Origin: Lama glama
Lineage: Eukaryota
Reading direction: 5' to 3'
Length of the DNA: 64,000 nt
NCBI GenBank assembly: GCA_028534125.1
Contig: CM052817.1
Coordinates: forward strand, 47,928,001-47,992,000
Shown one piece after another: positions 27,301 through 40,199 of the stretch. How positions within the stretch are numbered: the first letter of the stretch is position 1; each line of letters begins with the position of its first letter. Position numbers and translations under genes: made by a program. A model generated the notes under the pieces. That model ran no database searches. It was given only the letters and a program-made list of their open reading frames with translations, and was not told the DNA's origin.

Positions 27301-27601
27301 AGAAAGAGACTCTGAGATTTTGGGTCCCACCTGCTAGTGGATGGCCACCCCGGGATGACCCCTTACAACTTTCCGTTCCCCGTCCCAATTTCCCGACATC
27401 TCGGTGCTCACAGAACTTTCCTCGGTTTCTTGGCTGGCTTACCAGTTGTTGGGCTACACCCCTCGGGCCTGCAAACCTTGCAGTTGTCCAGCCTCGAGAC
27501 CGAAGAAAGAGTCCAGAGACAGTGACATGAGTAGTTTGCTGGACAGGGGAGTCTTACATGTCTGAGGTGAAAGGTCCTGGAGAGACACCCTCACAGCGGG
27601 G

Positions 27602-27652
27602 CGGCGGCAGGGCGGGGCCGGCGGCAGGGCGGGGCCGGCGGCAGGGCGGGGC
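27602..27652 (+). repeat. Three perfect copies of 17-bp CGGCGGCAGGGCGGGGC (GC-box minisatellite)
   Basis: Read directly; each unit carries GGGCGGGGC. Confidence 0.97.
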
Positions 27653-27689
27653 CGCCACCTCCGCCTCCCTGGAGAGAAGCAGGCCACCA

Positions 27690-27695
27690 TTTATA
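27690..27695 (-). promoter_or_regulatory. TATA box (TATAAA) of the ERVL-like 5' LTR
   Basis: + strand tttata at the expected U3/R position; no counterpart visible in the shorter 3' LTR. Confidence 0.6.
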
Positions 27696-28984
27696 GGGGG
27701 GAAGCGACATCAGGTTGGCTCGTTAGTTACCAGGGGAACCAGCAGAGGGGCACGCCCCTCACAGCCCCTCAGGTTAACAACCAGGGCAGATGTTTCCTTT
27801 TAAGAAAGTAGCAGGTGGAGTAGTTTTGGCTTAAGGGTTAGAACAACCACTAGCTGGGGCATGGGGCAAGATGTCCATGAGAGCAGGGTGTAGGGGAAGC
27901 AGGGACAGGTTGAGCAGTGTATATGCAGAGAGCAAGGGAACTGCCATGTCAAGTGGCCTGGACAGAAAGAGGCAAAGGGGAAAGTGGTGACCTATGCAGC
28001 CATGTTCATATAGGAAAATCCCTGTGCTGGTGATACACACGGTTACAGAGAAACACCTTATCTGTTAATTGCCTAATTGCTATAATACAAGGCAAAACAT
28101 ATTAGATATCAAATAAATGATACCAAAATAAGAGTACTATCAAGAACGACACCAAGGAAAGCATAAAGGAAGAGATAGTATTTGACATGGGTCCTAATTA
28201 AAACGATGGTAGAAGGGAAGGACTGGGAGGCAGAAAGAATGCTCCAAGGCACAGCTTGTGCGCCTTGACGGTGGCTCTGCTGAGAGGAAGATACGTGCAG
28301 GTGTACAGGGAGACACTCTTCAAAGAAGCAGTTTATAATAAGCGCAGGAGTATCTGAGTTTTCCAGAGAATTACTAACCCTGGAAAGTTAGACAGTGACA
28401 CACCTGGATTGAAGAGACATTTTAAAGCAGTAGAACCCTCAAATCAGACTGCATAGATAAATTTCTATTTTGACCAACTCTAAGATATCTGCTCCCCCTT
28501 GAATTAAATTTAAAAGTGAGTTTCTGACAACAGCCAAAAAAAAGCACCATTATGCAGTAGATAAATGGGGTAATGAAAGCAGCTGCGAATCTAACATGGA
28601 CATCTTTTTAATATCTTTCGCTTCAGACTGAAAGACCCATGAGGGCAAGAACAGCAGCTATTTCATTCAACAATAGTTATTAAGCATATACCACAATGCC
28701 TGGGAATAGGTAATCAGTACATCAAGGCTGAATACATTGTGAATAAACAAAGTCCCTAAGGATAGCTTCTTTGAATTACAGTTTTTTATCACAGTTTCAT
28801 CGTTTTCAATTTTTCCTGGGATATATTAAAATATAAACTAATTTGAAAGATTTTAAACTTGCATGTTAAAAATAATAACTTTCTCCCATCCCTCAAAATA
28901 ATTAGAGTCAGCTAGAATCACAAAGTCAGGATAGGGACATCATTGCTACAGATAGTTGTGCCACAGAGATTTACATACTCTCTT

Positions 28985-29160
28985 TTTTTTTAAGGATTTA
29001 AAAAAATTTTTGACAGTTTTTTTTTATGGAGGAGGTAATTAGGTTTATTTATTTATTTGTTTTATATAGATATGTATATATATTATGAAGGTACTGGGGA
29101 TTGAACCCAGGACCTCGGCATGCCAAACATACACTCTACCACTGAGATACACCCTCCCCC
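28985..29160 (-). mobile_element. tRNA-derived SINE, Vic-1 type, long-tailed
   Basis: Minus: ggggagggtgtatctcagtggtagagtgt...gggttcaatccccagtacc. TSD tacatactctctt (28972-28984) / tacacactctctt (29161-29173). Confidence 0.88.
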
Positions 29161-30284
29161 TACACACTCTCTTAAAACACTTCTTTTTCACCTTCAAAAT
29201 GCAGGTTTTGTGAACCTTGTGAAAGCTGTGCATGTGAACAGATATACTCTGGAAAAACAAAGTCTGATCAGTATTGGCCAGAGAACAAAGGGATTGAGAC
29301 CTGAGTGATCTCCACATTTGGCTGCTGTGTATCAGTCACGGGTGACAGCGGTGGCCGCTCTGCTGTGACAGAGGCTAGCCATGCTGATTTCCGTTAGACA
29401 TGCTTCCGCTGAAACAGATTAATTCTTAGTCATCAGAATCTGATTTGGGCTCAAGCTTAGCAGGCTAATTTTCAGCCTATGGGGATAAAGTCATGGTAAT
29501 TTTCTGATTATTTAATGGAAAAGAAATCAGCAAAGATCAAAGAAAAACACCACACCAAGAAGAGGTTACCAGTGGCAAATGTTTCCTGTTTCTCTGGTCC
29601 ATTAAACATCATCTGCTTAGGGTTTACCTTTAATGGCATAATTCCCTAATAAGCAGGTGTGGTATTGTTTTCAGGTGCATATCTTACTACTAGAAAAAAT
29701 GTCACTAGAACAAGGAGAATTAAACCTTCGCTTTCCATCACAGTCTAACTCTGGTTAGAGCTATAGTTCCCTATGATTTGAAGCAATGGTCTCAGGCTGT
29801 GTTTTACTTCCAAAGAAATATAGCCTGTTTAGAGCAAGCACACAGAAAGGAATATTCTAGTGGAAACTTGATTTTTAAAGAATCAGTAACTGGTGACTTT
29901 TCTTCACCTTATTTCTTACATTGAAACCGCCGTGCTCAACTCCATGACCAACTTGGCTCAAATGCACATGTATTTATTAAATGCACGCATGCCTTCTGGA
30001 GGCATTTTGCCAAATACTAAACACAAAATAATGAATAGATCTCAGTTCCTGCCCTTGAGATTGCCCAGTCCACTGGGGAGATGCTGTGATAAGTGCTATT
30101 GAAAGGAGGTAAGTACAAGATGCTGTGGAAACCCTGTGTCTGGGGAAGTTAGAGGAGGCATCCTGCAGGCATCACCAGCCTGCGGAGTCTTGAAACGTAA
30201 GTAGGACTTTACCAGGATTATGGACTTCTAGTCAAAGCTGGCAGAACATAGTTCCCTTTTGGAAATCTTCTCTAGGGATTTATT

Positions 30285-31370
30285 TTTAAATAAACTTCTA
30301 ATTTTAAAATAATCTTAGATTTACAAAAAAGTTATAATAAAAGAATTTACAGAGATAATAGTTTTCCCTAATAGTAACATCTTACATGACCATGGTGCAT
30401 TTATCAAAACTAAGAAATTAACATTGGTACAATACTATTCAGTAAACAAGAGACATTATTCATAATCCACCAATCTTTCCACTAATGTTATTTTGTTATT
30501 CCAGGATCCAATTCAGGACGCAACATTGAGATTTATTGTCAGGTCTCCTTAGCCTGCTCCAGTCTGCAACTGTTTATCAGTTTTCCCTTAGTTTTCCTGA
30601 CTGACAATTTTAAAATGAGTTGGTCAGGTGTTTTGTAAAATATATTTCCATTTGGATTTGTCTGATGTTTTCTCATGATTACTTTCGAATTACGGGTTTG
30701 GAGGAAGAGTAACTCATAGGTGAAACCTCCTCCTCATTACATAAAATCGGCAGTAACTGGTATCATCCTGACATACCACCGCTGATGTTATGTCAACCTT
30801 CAACACTTGCTGAAGGTAGTGTCTGCCAGGTATAGCAAAGTTATTATTATTTTTCTTTTCTTACTTAAAAGAATCAGTAAGTCCAGCCCACAGTCAAGGG
30901 GTGAGGAATTAAGCTCCACCTCCTGGACAGAGGAGTATCTACATGTATAATTTGAATTATTTTGTAAGGAAGATTTGTTTTCCTTCTCTCCCATTTATTT
31001 ATCTATTTCATCATTTATGTATTTCAACTTGGACTAATGTTTACTTATTTTACACTTTGGGTTATTATCCAGCACTACATAATTTATTTTGTTCTTCAGA
31101 CTGTTCCAACTTTGTCTTTGGGAGCTCTTTCAGGTCAGCTACTGCGTCCTTTTGCCAGACCCCCATAATTACATTCTTTTAGCCCTTCCTTGCTTTTTGG
31201 CACAATCAGATGCTACAGGGTCATGATGCATTATTCATGAACCAGACCTCGAATCAGCCATTTTCCCAGTGAACCCTCTCATGTTTTATTGGAGAATAGT
31301 TTTGTTTTTTAGTTTTTGGTTTTTTGGTTTTAGTAACTAAGATATGGACACTGGATGTGGATTTTTTGTA
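30285..31370 (-). mobile_element. Old L1 (L1MB/L1MC-like) 3' region
   Basis: aacatcttacatgaccatggtgcatttatcaaaactaagaaattaacattggtacaatact; ttccaggatccaattcagga. Confidence 0.7.
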
Positions 31371-32499
31371 GTGTGTTTATAAGCTAAGATGAAAACACAA
31401 AAATGAGGAAAATGAAAGAGATGAAAGCCAAAAAAGAAATGAAGCTGGAAACCAGGGGGCCAACTGGAAAGTGTCTTAACAGATGGAGAAAAATGAAAGG
31501 TAAACCGGCAGTGGCAGGAAAACAGAAGCAAGCCAGTGTGTACCTCAGAACCCCAGAAGACTTGGAAGGGCGGCCCAAGCTCTCTCTGAAGATGGGAGTG
31601 CAGGTGAGTGAAAAAGAGGGCAGTGGACACAGGGCTGTATGATTAGCTGTTTGATCCCTAGTGCCCCTCCCACGCCATGTTATCCAGGAAGTTTTCCCTC
31701 CCACAGCAGCTTAAGACCGGGGGACTCTTCTCCAGAGAAGTTCAGCCAAAAGAACTCTGGACTTGGGAACTGTAGCTTCAGTTGAGAAAGCGTCATACTA
31801 AAACAACAGAATGAAATGAAAGGTTCCACATGGCAATTTGAGACCTCCTAGCCCTCTGTCCTTACTTGTCACTGAGGACACTGTCAGCCAAATTAGAAAA
31901 TTTCTTCTTGGATAAACTGACCAGACCACAAGAAAAGACCCACAGGCAGTGACAGTTTGGCAGGGGGTTGGGGGTGGGTTTCCAATATAAGCGGTCTAGT
32001 TAGCTGAACTTACAGTCAGTCCCACAAGTCAACACCATCAGAACTTGCAGTAACCACTTTTTTCTCATTTGTTGTTGTAAAAAAAAAAATAACGAATATG
32101 TACAATATATACATACACATATATGTTTTTCTGTGCATATGTATGTGTGTGTATATATGGAGAATATATATAAAGAATATATGTACATATATAACAAGTA
32201 TGTATTTATTTTTTTAAAATAATTGTAAAATAAATATTCTGTAGCTACACCAAGGTTAAGAAATTGCCACTACTATAGGAGGAAACCACTGATTAATATT
32301 CCTTTTCCTTATTCTTACAGATAATTATATTCTGATTTTTAGGCTTTTCTTACCACTATATATACTATATATACATATCCCTGAAAATATAGTTTATTTT
32401 GCCTTTTCAAAAATGTATATACACAGAGTTATACCAATCTATTATTTGTAACTTGACTCCTTATTTCAATATACTATTTGAGAGACTGATTCTTATTGA

Positions 32500-33088
32500 T
32501 TATGATGGTTAATTTTATATATCAACTTGACTGAGCCATGAGGTGCTAAGACATTGGGTTGAACATTATTCTGGGTGTTCCTGGATGAGACTGACACTTG
32601 AACTGAGAGACTGAGTAGAGCAGGCTGCCTCTTTAGTGTGGGTGGGCCTCACCCAATCAGCTGAGGCCTGAATTGAACAAAAAGCTGATCTTCTGAGGAG
32701 TAAGGGGAATGCCTCCCTCCTGATACCCTTGAGCTGGTATATTACTGTTGTTCCTGCTGTTTTCCTGACTTCGGACTCGAACTGAAACACTGGCTCTTCC
32801 TAAGTCTTGGGCCTGCCTACATTCAGTCTGGAACTATCCCATAAGCTCCCCTGGTCCTCAGGCCTTCAAACTTGGGTTGGAACTACACCATTGACTCTAC
32901 AGGGTCTCCAGCTTGCCAACCAATGCACCCCGCCAGTCTCAGGACTTGTCAGCCTCCAGCATCCATAATCACAAGAGCCAATTACTCATAATCACTCTCT
33001 CTCTCTCTCTCCCCTCTCTCTCCTCCCCTTTCTCTCCCTCTTTCTCTCTCTTTACGTACTACTGGCCCCATTTCTCTAGAACACAAGG
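32500..33088 (+). mobile_element. ERVL solo LTR (MLT2-like)
   Basis: tgatggttaattttatatatcaacttgactgagcca ... cagcctccagcatccataatcacaagagccaatt ... tttctctagaac. Confidence 0.85.
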
Positions 33089-33160
33089 ACACACACACAT
33101 TAATGCATATAATTGTAGCTTGTTCATTTACTTTTCTTTGTAGAATATATTTATCTAGGA

Positions 33161-33198
33161 GCTCCAGTGGCACAATTGGTCAGTATGCGATACTCATA
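33161..33198 (+). pseudogene. 5'-half tRNA-Ile(TAT) tailless retropseudogene
   Basis: gctccagtggcacaattggtcagtatgcgatactcata vs tRNA-Ile-TAT exon 1 GCTCCAGTGGCGCAATCGGTTAGCGCGCGGTACTTATA (differences are transitions, several at CpG). TSD tagaatatatttat (33141-33154) / tagaatatatctat (33199-33212). Confidence 0.85.
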
Positions 33199-34069
33199 TA
33201 GAATATATCTATTTTAATAATGATAGGATAATTGCAACAAATATTTCCTTTCACAAAGAAAGGAAATAGTAAGAGGCATGAAGCAATTCTGAAATCACAT
33301 TGGGTGAATGTATTAAGAACTGCCCTTCCTCTGAGGCTGAGGAATACTCCTTGATTAGACCCCTTTTCTGTTCCCAGAGAATAAACTCCCAGTCTGTATC
33401 CTCTGGGCTCTTTACTCTACCCTTTGGAAGGCTTTTCCTTCCGCAATATCCTTCTTTGCCACAATCAAAGAGGACATTGGAGTATATGTCCTCCTCGGCA
33501 CTAAAGCAGCTTTCTCTGCCTACCTCCTCTACATGGAATATTGGCGACCCAACGGGTCATTTTTGGTCAAAAACAACCACCATCGTATTTAGTCTCAACT
33601 AGTATAAAACTCTCAGAATGAGGCTTTTTAAATGTATTTGATTCCAGCCAGCTTCTTGTGCCTATTGCCTCACTCTCTTTCATCACTGGATTGTGGGTGT
33701 GTGGAGTCCTCGATGAAGAGAGAGCACCCTCAGACCTGATACAGCAAAGACAACCACAAAATTGTTTACTGTCATCTTGACGCTATTCCTGGACTTTCAG
33801 CACTTCCTCTTCTGAGAGGGAGCTGAGTATATTTTGTGTGCAGAAGGAAGGGAAGCAAATATTTGTGAATGAGTTTGGAGCGGTGCCAGATTGTGTTTTG
33901 TACTGCTCCATTTGCTGCTTTCCCTAAGGGAGGATTATAGGTCTCTCACTGTTGACCTAAACGTGGTCATTGGGGCAATGAAACAGGAAAAGAAGCTTTA
34001 ATAGCCATCACTGGTTCTCTTGTGCTCTATTTTCTCTCCGCTATGAATTCTGCTATATCCAGATGGAAG

Positions 34070-36958
34070 TATAGATGGAAAATAATGGACAACTTAGAAG
34101 AAATGGACAAGTTCCTGGAAACATATTCCACCAAGGCTGAATCAAGAAGAAATAGACTACTTGAATAGACCAATCACTAGGAATGAAATAGAATCAGCAA
34201 TAAAAAACCTTCCTACAAACAAAAGTCCAGGACCAGATGGCTTCACTAGGGAATTCTATTATCAAACATACAAAGAAGAACTCATACTGATCTTTCTCAA
34301 ACTCTTCCAAAAGATTGAAGCAGCAGGAACACTCCTATGAAGCCACCATCACACTGATACCAAAACCAAAGACACTATCAAAAAAGAAAATTACAGGCCA
34401 ATAACATTGATGAATATAGATGCAAAAATGTTCAACAAAATGTTAGCAAACAGAATCCAACAGCACATAAAAAATATCATACACCATGACCAAGTTGGAT
34501 TCATCCCAGGGACACAATGATGGTTCAATATACCCAAATTAATAAATGTGATACATGACATCAACAAAAGAAAGGACAAAAATCACATGATGATTGTCTC
34601 AACAGATGCAGAAAAAGCATTTGGTAAAATTTAACACTCATTTATCATAAAAACTCTAACCAAAAGTGGGTTTAGAGGGAACATATCTCAACATAATAAA
34701 AGATATTTATGACAAACCCACAGCCAACATAATAATAGTGGAAAACTGAAAGCCTTTCTACTAAAATGTGGAACTAGACAAGGATGCCCTCTCTCACCAC
34801 TTCTATTTAACATTAGTCTTGGAAGTCCTAGCCACAGCAATCAGACAAGAAAAAGAAATAAAAGGGATCCAAATTGGAAGAGAAGAGGTAAAATTGTCAC
34901 TGTATGTAGATGACATGATATATATATATAGAAAACTGTAAAAGCTTCACACAAAAACTACTAGGGCTGACAAAAGATTTCTGCAAGGTAGCAGGATACA
35001 ACATTAACATACAGACATCAGTTGCATTTCTTTACACTAACAATGAAATAACAGGAAAAGAAAGTAAAGAAACAATCCCTTTTAAAATCACTTCCAAATC
35101 AATAAAATACTTAGGAATAAATCTGAAAAAAGAGGTGAAAGACACAAATGGATAACTATGAAATATTGACTAAGGAAATTAAAGATGACTTAAAGAAATG
35201 GAAAGATACCTCATGTTTTTGGATTGGAAAAATCAGTATTGTTAAAATGGCCATATTGCCCAAGGCAATCTACAGATTTAATGAGATCCCTATCAAATTA
35301 CCCATGACATTTTTCACAGAACTAGAACAAATAATCCTAAAATTTACATGGAATCACTGAAGACCCAGAATTGTCAAAGCAATATGGAAGACAAAGAACG
35401 AAGCTGGAGGACTAACCCTCCCAGGCTTCAGACAATACTACAGAGCAACAGTAATCAGAACAGCGTAGTATTGGTATAAAAACAAACATATGGGTCAATA
35501 GAGCAGAATAGAGGGCCCAGAAATAAACCCACAGACCTATGGTCAATTAATCTTTGGCAAAGGAGGCAAGAACATACAATGGAGAAAAGACAGTCTCCTC
35601 AGCAAGTGGTGTTGAGAAAGCTAGATAATAGCATGTAAATCAATAAAGTTAGAATTCTCCTCCATAACACACAACAAATAAACTCAAATGGCTTAAAGAC
35701 TTAATGTAAGAAAAGATACCATGAACCTCCTAGAAGAAAACATAGGCAAAACATTCTCTGACATAAATCTTAGCAATGTTCTCCTAGGGCAGTCTACCCA
35801 GGCAATAGAAATAAAAGCAAAAATAAACAAATGGGACCTAATCAAACATAAGCTTTTGCATAGCAAAGGAAACCATAAGCAAAACAAAACAACAACCTAT
35901 GGTATGGGAGAAAATATTTGCAAATGATACAACTGACAAAGGCTTAATTTCCAGAATATATAAATGTCTCATACAACTTAATAACAAAAAAAGCCAAATA
36001 ACGCAATCCAAAGATGGGCAGAAGACCTAAACAAGCAATTCTCCAATGAAGACATACAAATGGCCAATAGGCACATGAAAAAAAAATGCTTAACATTAGT
36101 AATTATTAGAGAAGTGCAAATCAAAACTACAATGAGGTATCACTTCACACCAGTCAGAATGGCCATCATTCAAAAGTCCACAAACGATAAATGCTGAAGA
36201 GGGTGTGGAGAAAAGGAAACCTTGCTTCACTGCTGGTGGAAATGCAGTTTGGTGCAGCCATTGTGGAAAAAAGTATGGAGATTCCTCAAAAAACTTAAAA
36301 TAGACTTACTATATGATCCAGGAATCCCACTCCTGGGCATATCTGGAGGGAACTCTAATTCGAAAAGAAACATGCACCCCACTGTGCATAACAGCAGTAT
36401 ATACAATAGCCAAGACATGGAAACAACCTTAATGTCCATCAACAGATGACTGGATAATGAAGTGGTGGCATATTTATACAATGGAATACTACTCAGCCAT
36501 AAAAAGAATAAAATAATGCCATTTGCAGCAACATAGATAGAACTAGAGATCATCATTGTAAGCGACGTAAGCCAGAAAGAGAAAGAAAAATACCATAAGA
36601 TATCACTCATATGTGGAATCTAAAAAAAAAGAAAAGCAAAAAGAGAACACTAAAAGCCCATCAACAAAATAGAAACAGACTCACATAGTAAACAATCTGT
36701 GGTTACCAGGGAATAGGGAGTGAGAAGGGATAAATTTGGGAGTTTGAGATTTGCAAATGTTAGCCACTATATATAAAAATAGATTAAATTTTTTTCTGTG
36801 TAGTATGGGGAAGTATATTCAATATCTTGTAATACCCTTTAATGAAAAAGCGTATGAAAACGAATATATGTATGTATATACATGACTGGGACATTGTGCT
36901 GCACACCAGAAATTAACACATTGTAACTGACTGTACTTTAATTAAAAATAATAATAAT
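34070..36958 (+). mobile_element. 5'-truncated L1 (about 2.9 kb): decayed ORF2 RT and C-terminal region plus 3' UTR
   Basis: RT motifs RQGCPLSP (~34776-34799) and YVDD (34903-34914). ORF 35148..35360 ([18 protein letters not shown]) is L1 ORF2. Many stops and frameshifts; (AAT)n tail; no clean TSD. Confidence 0.95.
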
Positions 36959-38229
36959 TGTCCAGTGGAGGTTTTCAGAGACTATACTTTAACAAATACT
37001 TAGGGAAGTTTTATAATTAGTCTATTAATTGTTTCTATGGGGATAGTCATCCTGAAATTGCTCTTACACGTTTGAAATCACTTAATTCTCAAATAGTTTA
37101 GAAGTTCTCCATGAAAATCTTCAGAAAAACATTAATTTGCTTGGAATCTACTTTTTAGCAATCATGCAAAAATGCAGTTTATTGCCAGCTTTATTCAAAT
37201 AATTATAAATTTTGAATTGCTGAAATAGAAATCAAAGGGGTATTATTTTTGACAGGTGCTGTACTAAATATCTTACATATCTTACACTTCTTCTCTTATT
37301 CCTCATTCCACCCAACATAAGGATAGGTACTACACTGTTACTACCTCTATGTAGAAATGGGAAACTGAGACTCAGAAGATTTTGCAAGATAGGAGTTCAA
37401 AGCTGACTCTAAAGCTCTGACACTTAACCATTGTACTCTACTCTTTTTTCCATATAAGTTACCCACATACTCAGCTGTTCTAAGTCTGAAATATGTTTGA
37501 TCTCTTAAGAATTGCACACAAAAAAGAAAAAAAAAGTAGCCTGCCAGTGTTACCCTTCACAAAGTTTCATAAATAACTCAACAGCATCATTTTGCAGCTT
37601 CTTAATAGAAGACTCAAACCTCCCATCTCAGATAATAAATAATTAAGATACTGAAGTGTTAAACCCAACTTGTATGCATAATGATGTCAGCTTGCATGGC
37701 ATTCTAGAAGCATTATATAAAAAGATACATTTTTATATTAAATTGCATATTTAGTATGAGGATATGTATCATGGCATCAAAAATACACTCAGCAGTTTTC
37801 TAATCATAGCCTCTAATCACAGTCTCACCCTTCAAAAAGCTGATCCTTTAAAAACAGCTTATATATAGTCACTAATCCACTAATTCATAGTTACTTGTCG
37901 TTCTGCCCAAAGTGAGCAATTGTGTCTGCCAGCTGAGAAACCTAATCAATAATTGAAGCTCCACAGTGGCTAATGCTTAGCTACTGCACCCCCTGGATAA
38001 TTCTCTGAGTCGCACGCAACATTTGAGATATCCTGACTAAGCTAAATTTTCACCAGGTCAGCCTGACATTCAAGGTCAGGTGAAATGGGGTAAAAGACAG
38101 AGCCTGGAGAATGCTTGTTTTCAAAACAGAGCGTATCACCATGCTATTGCACCTTTCAATATCCATCCCCTGACACCAACTTCAATTTGTTCAGATAGTT
38201 GACTGAGATACCTTGAGCTCAGGAAGGAA

Positions 38230-38575
38230 GGACCCCAACCCTTGCCCCAGGAGATGCTAATCAAATTCCTTTTAGTGAGTGGTTGACCTAAATGTGGGCA
38301 GTATTTCAGACCTACCCAAGAAATAGCGGAAGTCTGCTTGGCAGAGCTTCCTTCCCCAAATGTGAAGGCAAAGCTCAGCTAAGAAAGCCTCTCCTGCTTC
38401 TTCCTGCTTTGATATGATGACTGAAAGTGTAACAGTTCTCTTGTGAATATGAATGAAACAACGAAGAGAATCACAGAGATGCCAGCCCTGAGATTATCTA
38501 GACACTAAACAAAAGCCGGAAGCTGCCTAACCCCAGACCATTTAAGCCAAAGTTAAAATTTGTCAGTTCTTCCAA
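38230..38575 (+). mobile_element. Old MaLR LTR fragment (MLT1-like)
   Basis: cttcctgctttgatatgatgactgaaagtgtaacagttctcttgtg ... atttaagcca. Confidence 0.5.
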
Positions 38576-38639
38576 ACACATTGCATGGTGGCTATGTTAA
38601 TATTCTAGTAGAACCAAGGGGTGGGGTATAATTATAAAT

Positions 38640-39760
38640 CCAATATACTTTCAAAGGAGAATGTCAAATTCAAGTAAATTCTCTTCCTTTGCTTTCTATC
38701 GATAATTTAAAACCTAAGACTACTACATATTTGGACGATTTGCTGCTCATACAGTATTTATTTTTCCTTAAGTTTCTGATTGCTTTTGTTTTCAATTTGG
38801 GAAAATAAACATATGCCTTCTTCACCGTATGTCTAATATCTTCCAGATGCAAACTCCTTCTAAGAATGTAGTGCATTCTTTTCCTTGATATCTGTTAACT
38901 CTATTCCAATTTGGACTGGTTTCTTAGTATTTGGACCATGACATTCCTTGTGCAGCTTTGGTTTTTCCAGAATTTTTGAATTGCCCTTTTTTATAATGCC
39001 TGCCTTTATCTTATACTCAAGTTTTCCAGTCATTTTAACCATTCCATGGAGTACTTTTTCTATGTCTTCTCCCAAAGCCCTCTGCCTTTCCTCTTTAGTT
39101 TTGATTGGTCTCTGCCTGACATAGACCTGTTATTCTGTGACTTGACTGTTCAATAAGGTTGGATCAATTGCTTTTTGCTACCTTGACTCTTTGTCTCAGT
39201 TAAATCCCTTATAGTGAGGTACCGTCTTAAGTAATGTCCTAGAAACAGGTGAACTGGAGATAAACTGTTTGGAACTTAATGACTTTTGAATAGTTTATTC
39301 TGCCTTACACTTGTTTGGTAGGTTAGTTGGGTCTACAATATTCAGTTTAAAATTATTTTCCTCCAGAGTTTTCTTTTAAGACATTGCATTAATATCTTCT
39401 AGTATCAACTTTTGCTATTAAAAAGATTGGCATCACCTTGGTTATTATTTCTCTGTATGTGGCTGCTTTTTCTGGACAATTTTAAGATACTCTTTTATTC
39501 TTGTGTTCTGAAATTTTTATTCTTGGTAATCTGAAATCCAACAGTGCTATGCACAGGTTTTAAATTATTTGTTCAGATTTGTATATGATGTGTAACAACC
39601 TTCATTTCTGAGAAATTTTCTTTATTGTAGTATATTATATTGATATCCTCTGCCTTTTCTTGCATATTTTTCTTTTATTTTTGATTCTATATTTTGAGAG
39701 CATTCATAAACATTATCTTCCAATTTTTTAACAGGAGTTCCCAATTTCTTCCAAGGCAAT
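38640..39760 (-). mobile_element. Highly decayed ancient L1
   Basis: T-rich antisense L1-like composition and blocks (aaaattattttcctccagag); subfamily not assignable. Confidence 0.45.
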
Positions 39761-40199
39761 TTCTTCAATTGTCATAGAGAAGAAGCCTCTTATTTTTTTT
39801 TTTTTAAACCCAAAGCAAAGGCATTAGGCTGACATCAAGCCGAGGTCGGAGTGGGTTCTATATATATATACACAAACCCTGTTAATATCCATTCTCAGCT
39901 CTCCATTCCCCATTCCCATCCTTGGTCTTCCCTGCAACATTTGAGTCTTACTGAGATTCTCCTGGCAGTTCATCTATGATCTGAGCTGCAGCTTGCTTAA
40001 CATTCATTCTAGGCTGCAGCTTCCTGCAGTCTGCTTCAGCATCCAAACCTGCATTTACCTTCCACAGTAGAATTTTGTGGGAGTTTCTTGTCCCCCTGTG
40101 CCAGCTTCCAAAAATTATTTTATTCCTTTTAATAGTTTTAATGGAATTTTAGAAAGGAGAAGTCTTGGTTCACTAGTATGTACATAAGTCAGTTTTACA

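Larger units (their letters stand above)
26051..27968 (-). mobile_element. Internally deleted ERVL-like provirus: 5' LTR 27447-27968, 3' LTR 26051-26389, about 1.06 kb internal
   Basis: Two homologous LTRs. PBS TGGTAAGCCAGCCAAGAA (27427-27444) matches the tRNA-Arg(ACG) complement at 14/18. PPT cagggtggag abuts the 3' LTR. 5-bp TSD GAGGC at 26046-26050 and 27969-27973. Confidence 0.88.

Noticed and set aside
27454..27803. GC-rich ORFs 27454..27690 (-) and 27558..27803 (+)
   Set aside because: They arise from the 17-bp GC repeat inside an LTR. The minus-strand ATG overlaps the TATA box and so lies upstream of the expected start site.
34056..34069. Possible TSD for the 2.9-kb L1 (tatccagatggaag vs tgtccagtggagg at ~36959)
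   Set aside because: Needs a gap and several mismatches; too weak to call.
34070..36610. Several ORFs resembling reverse transcriptase
   Set aside because: Broken L1 ORF2 with stops and frameshifts; not a host gene or an active element.
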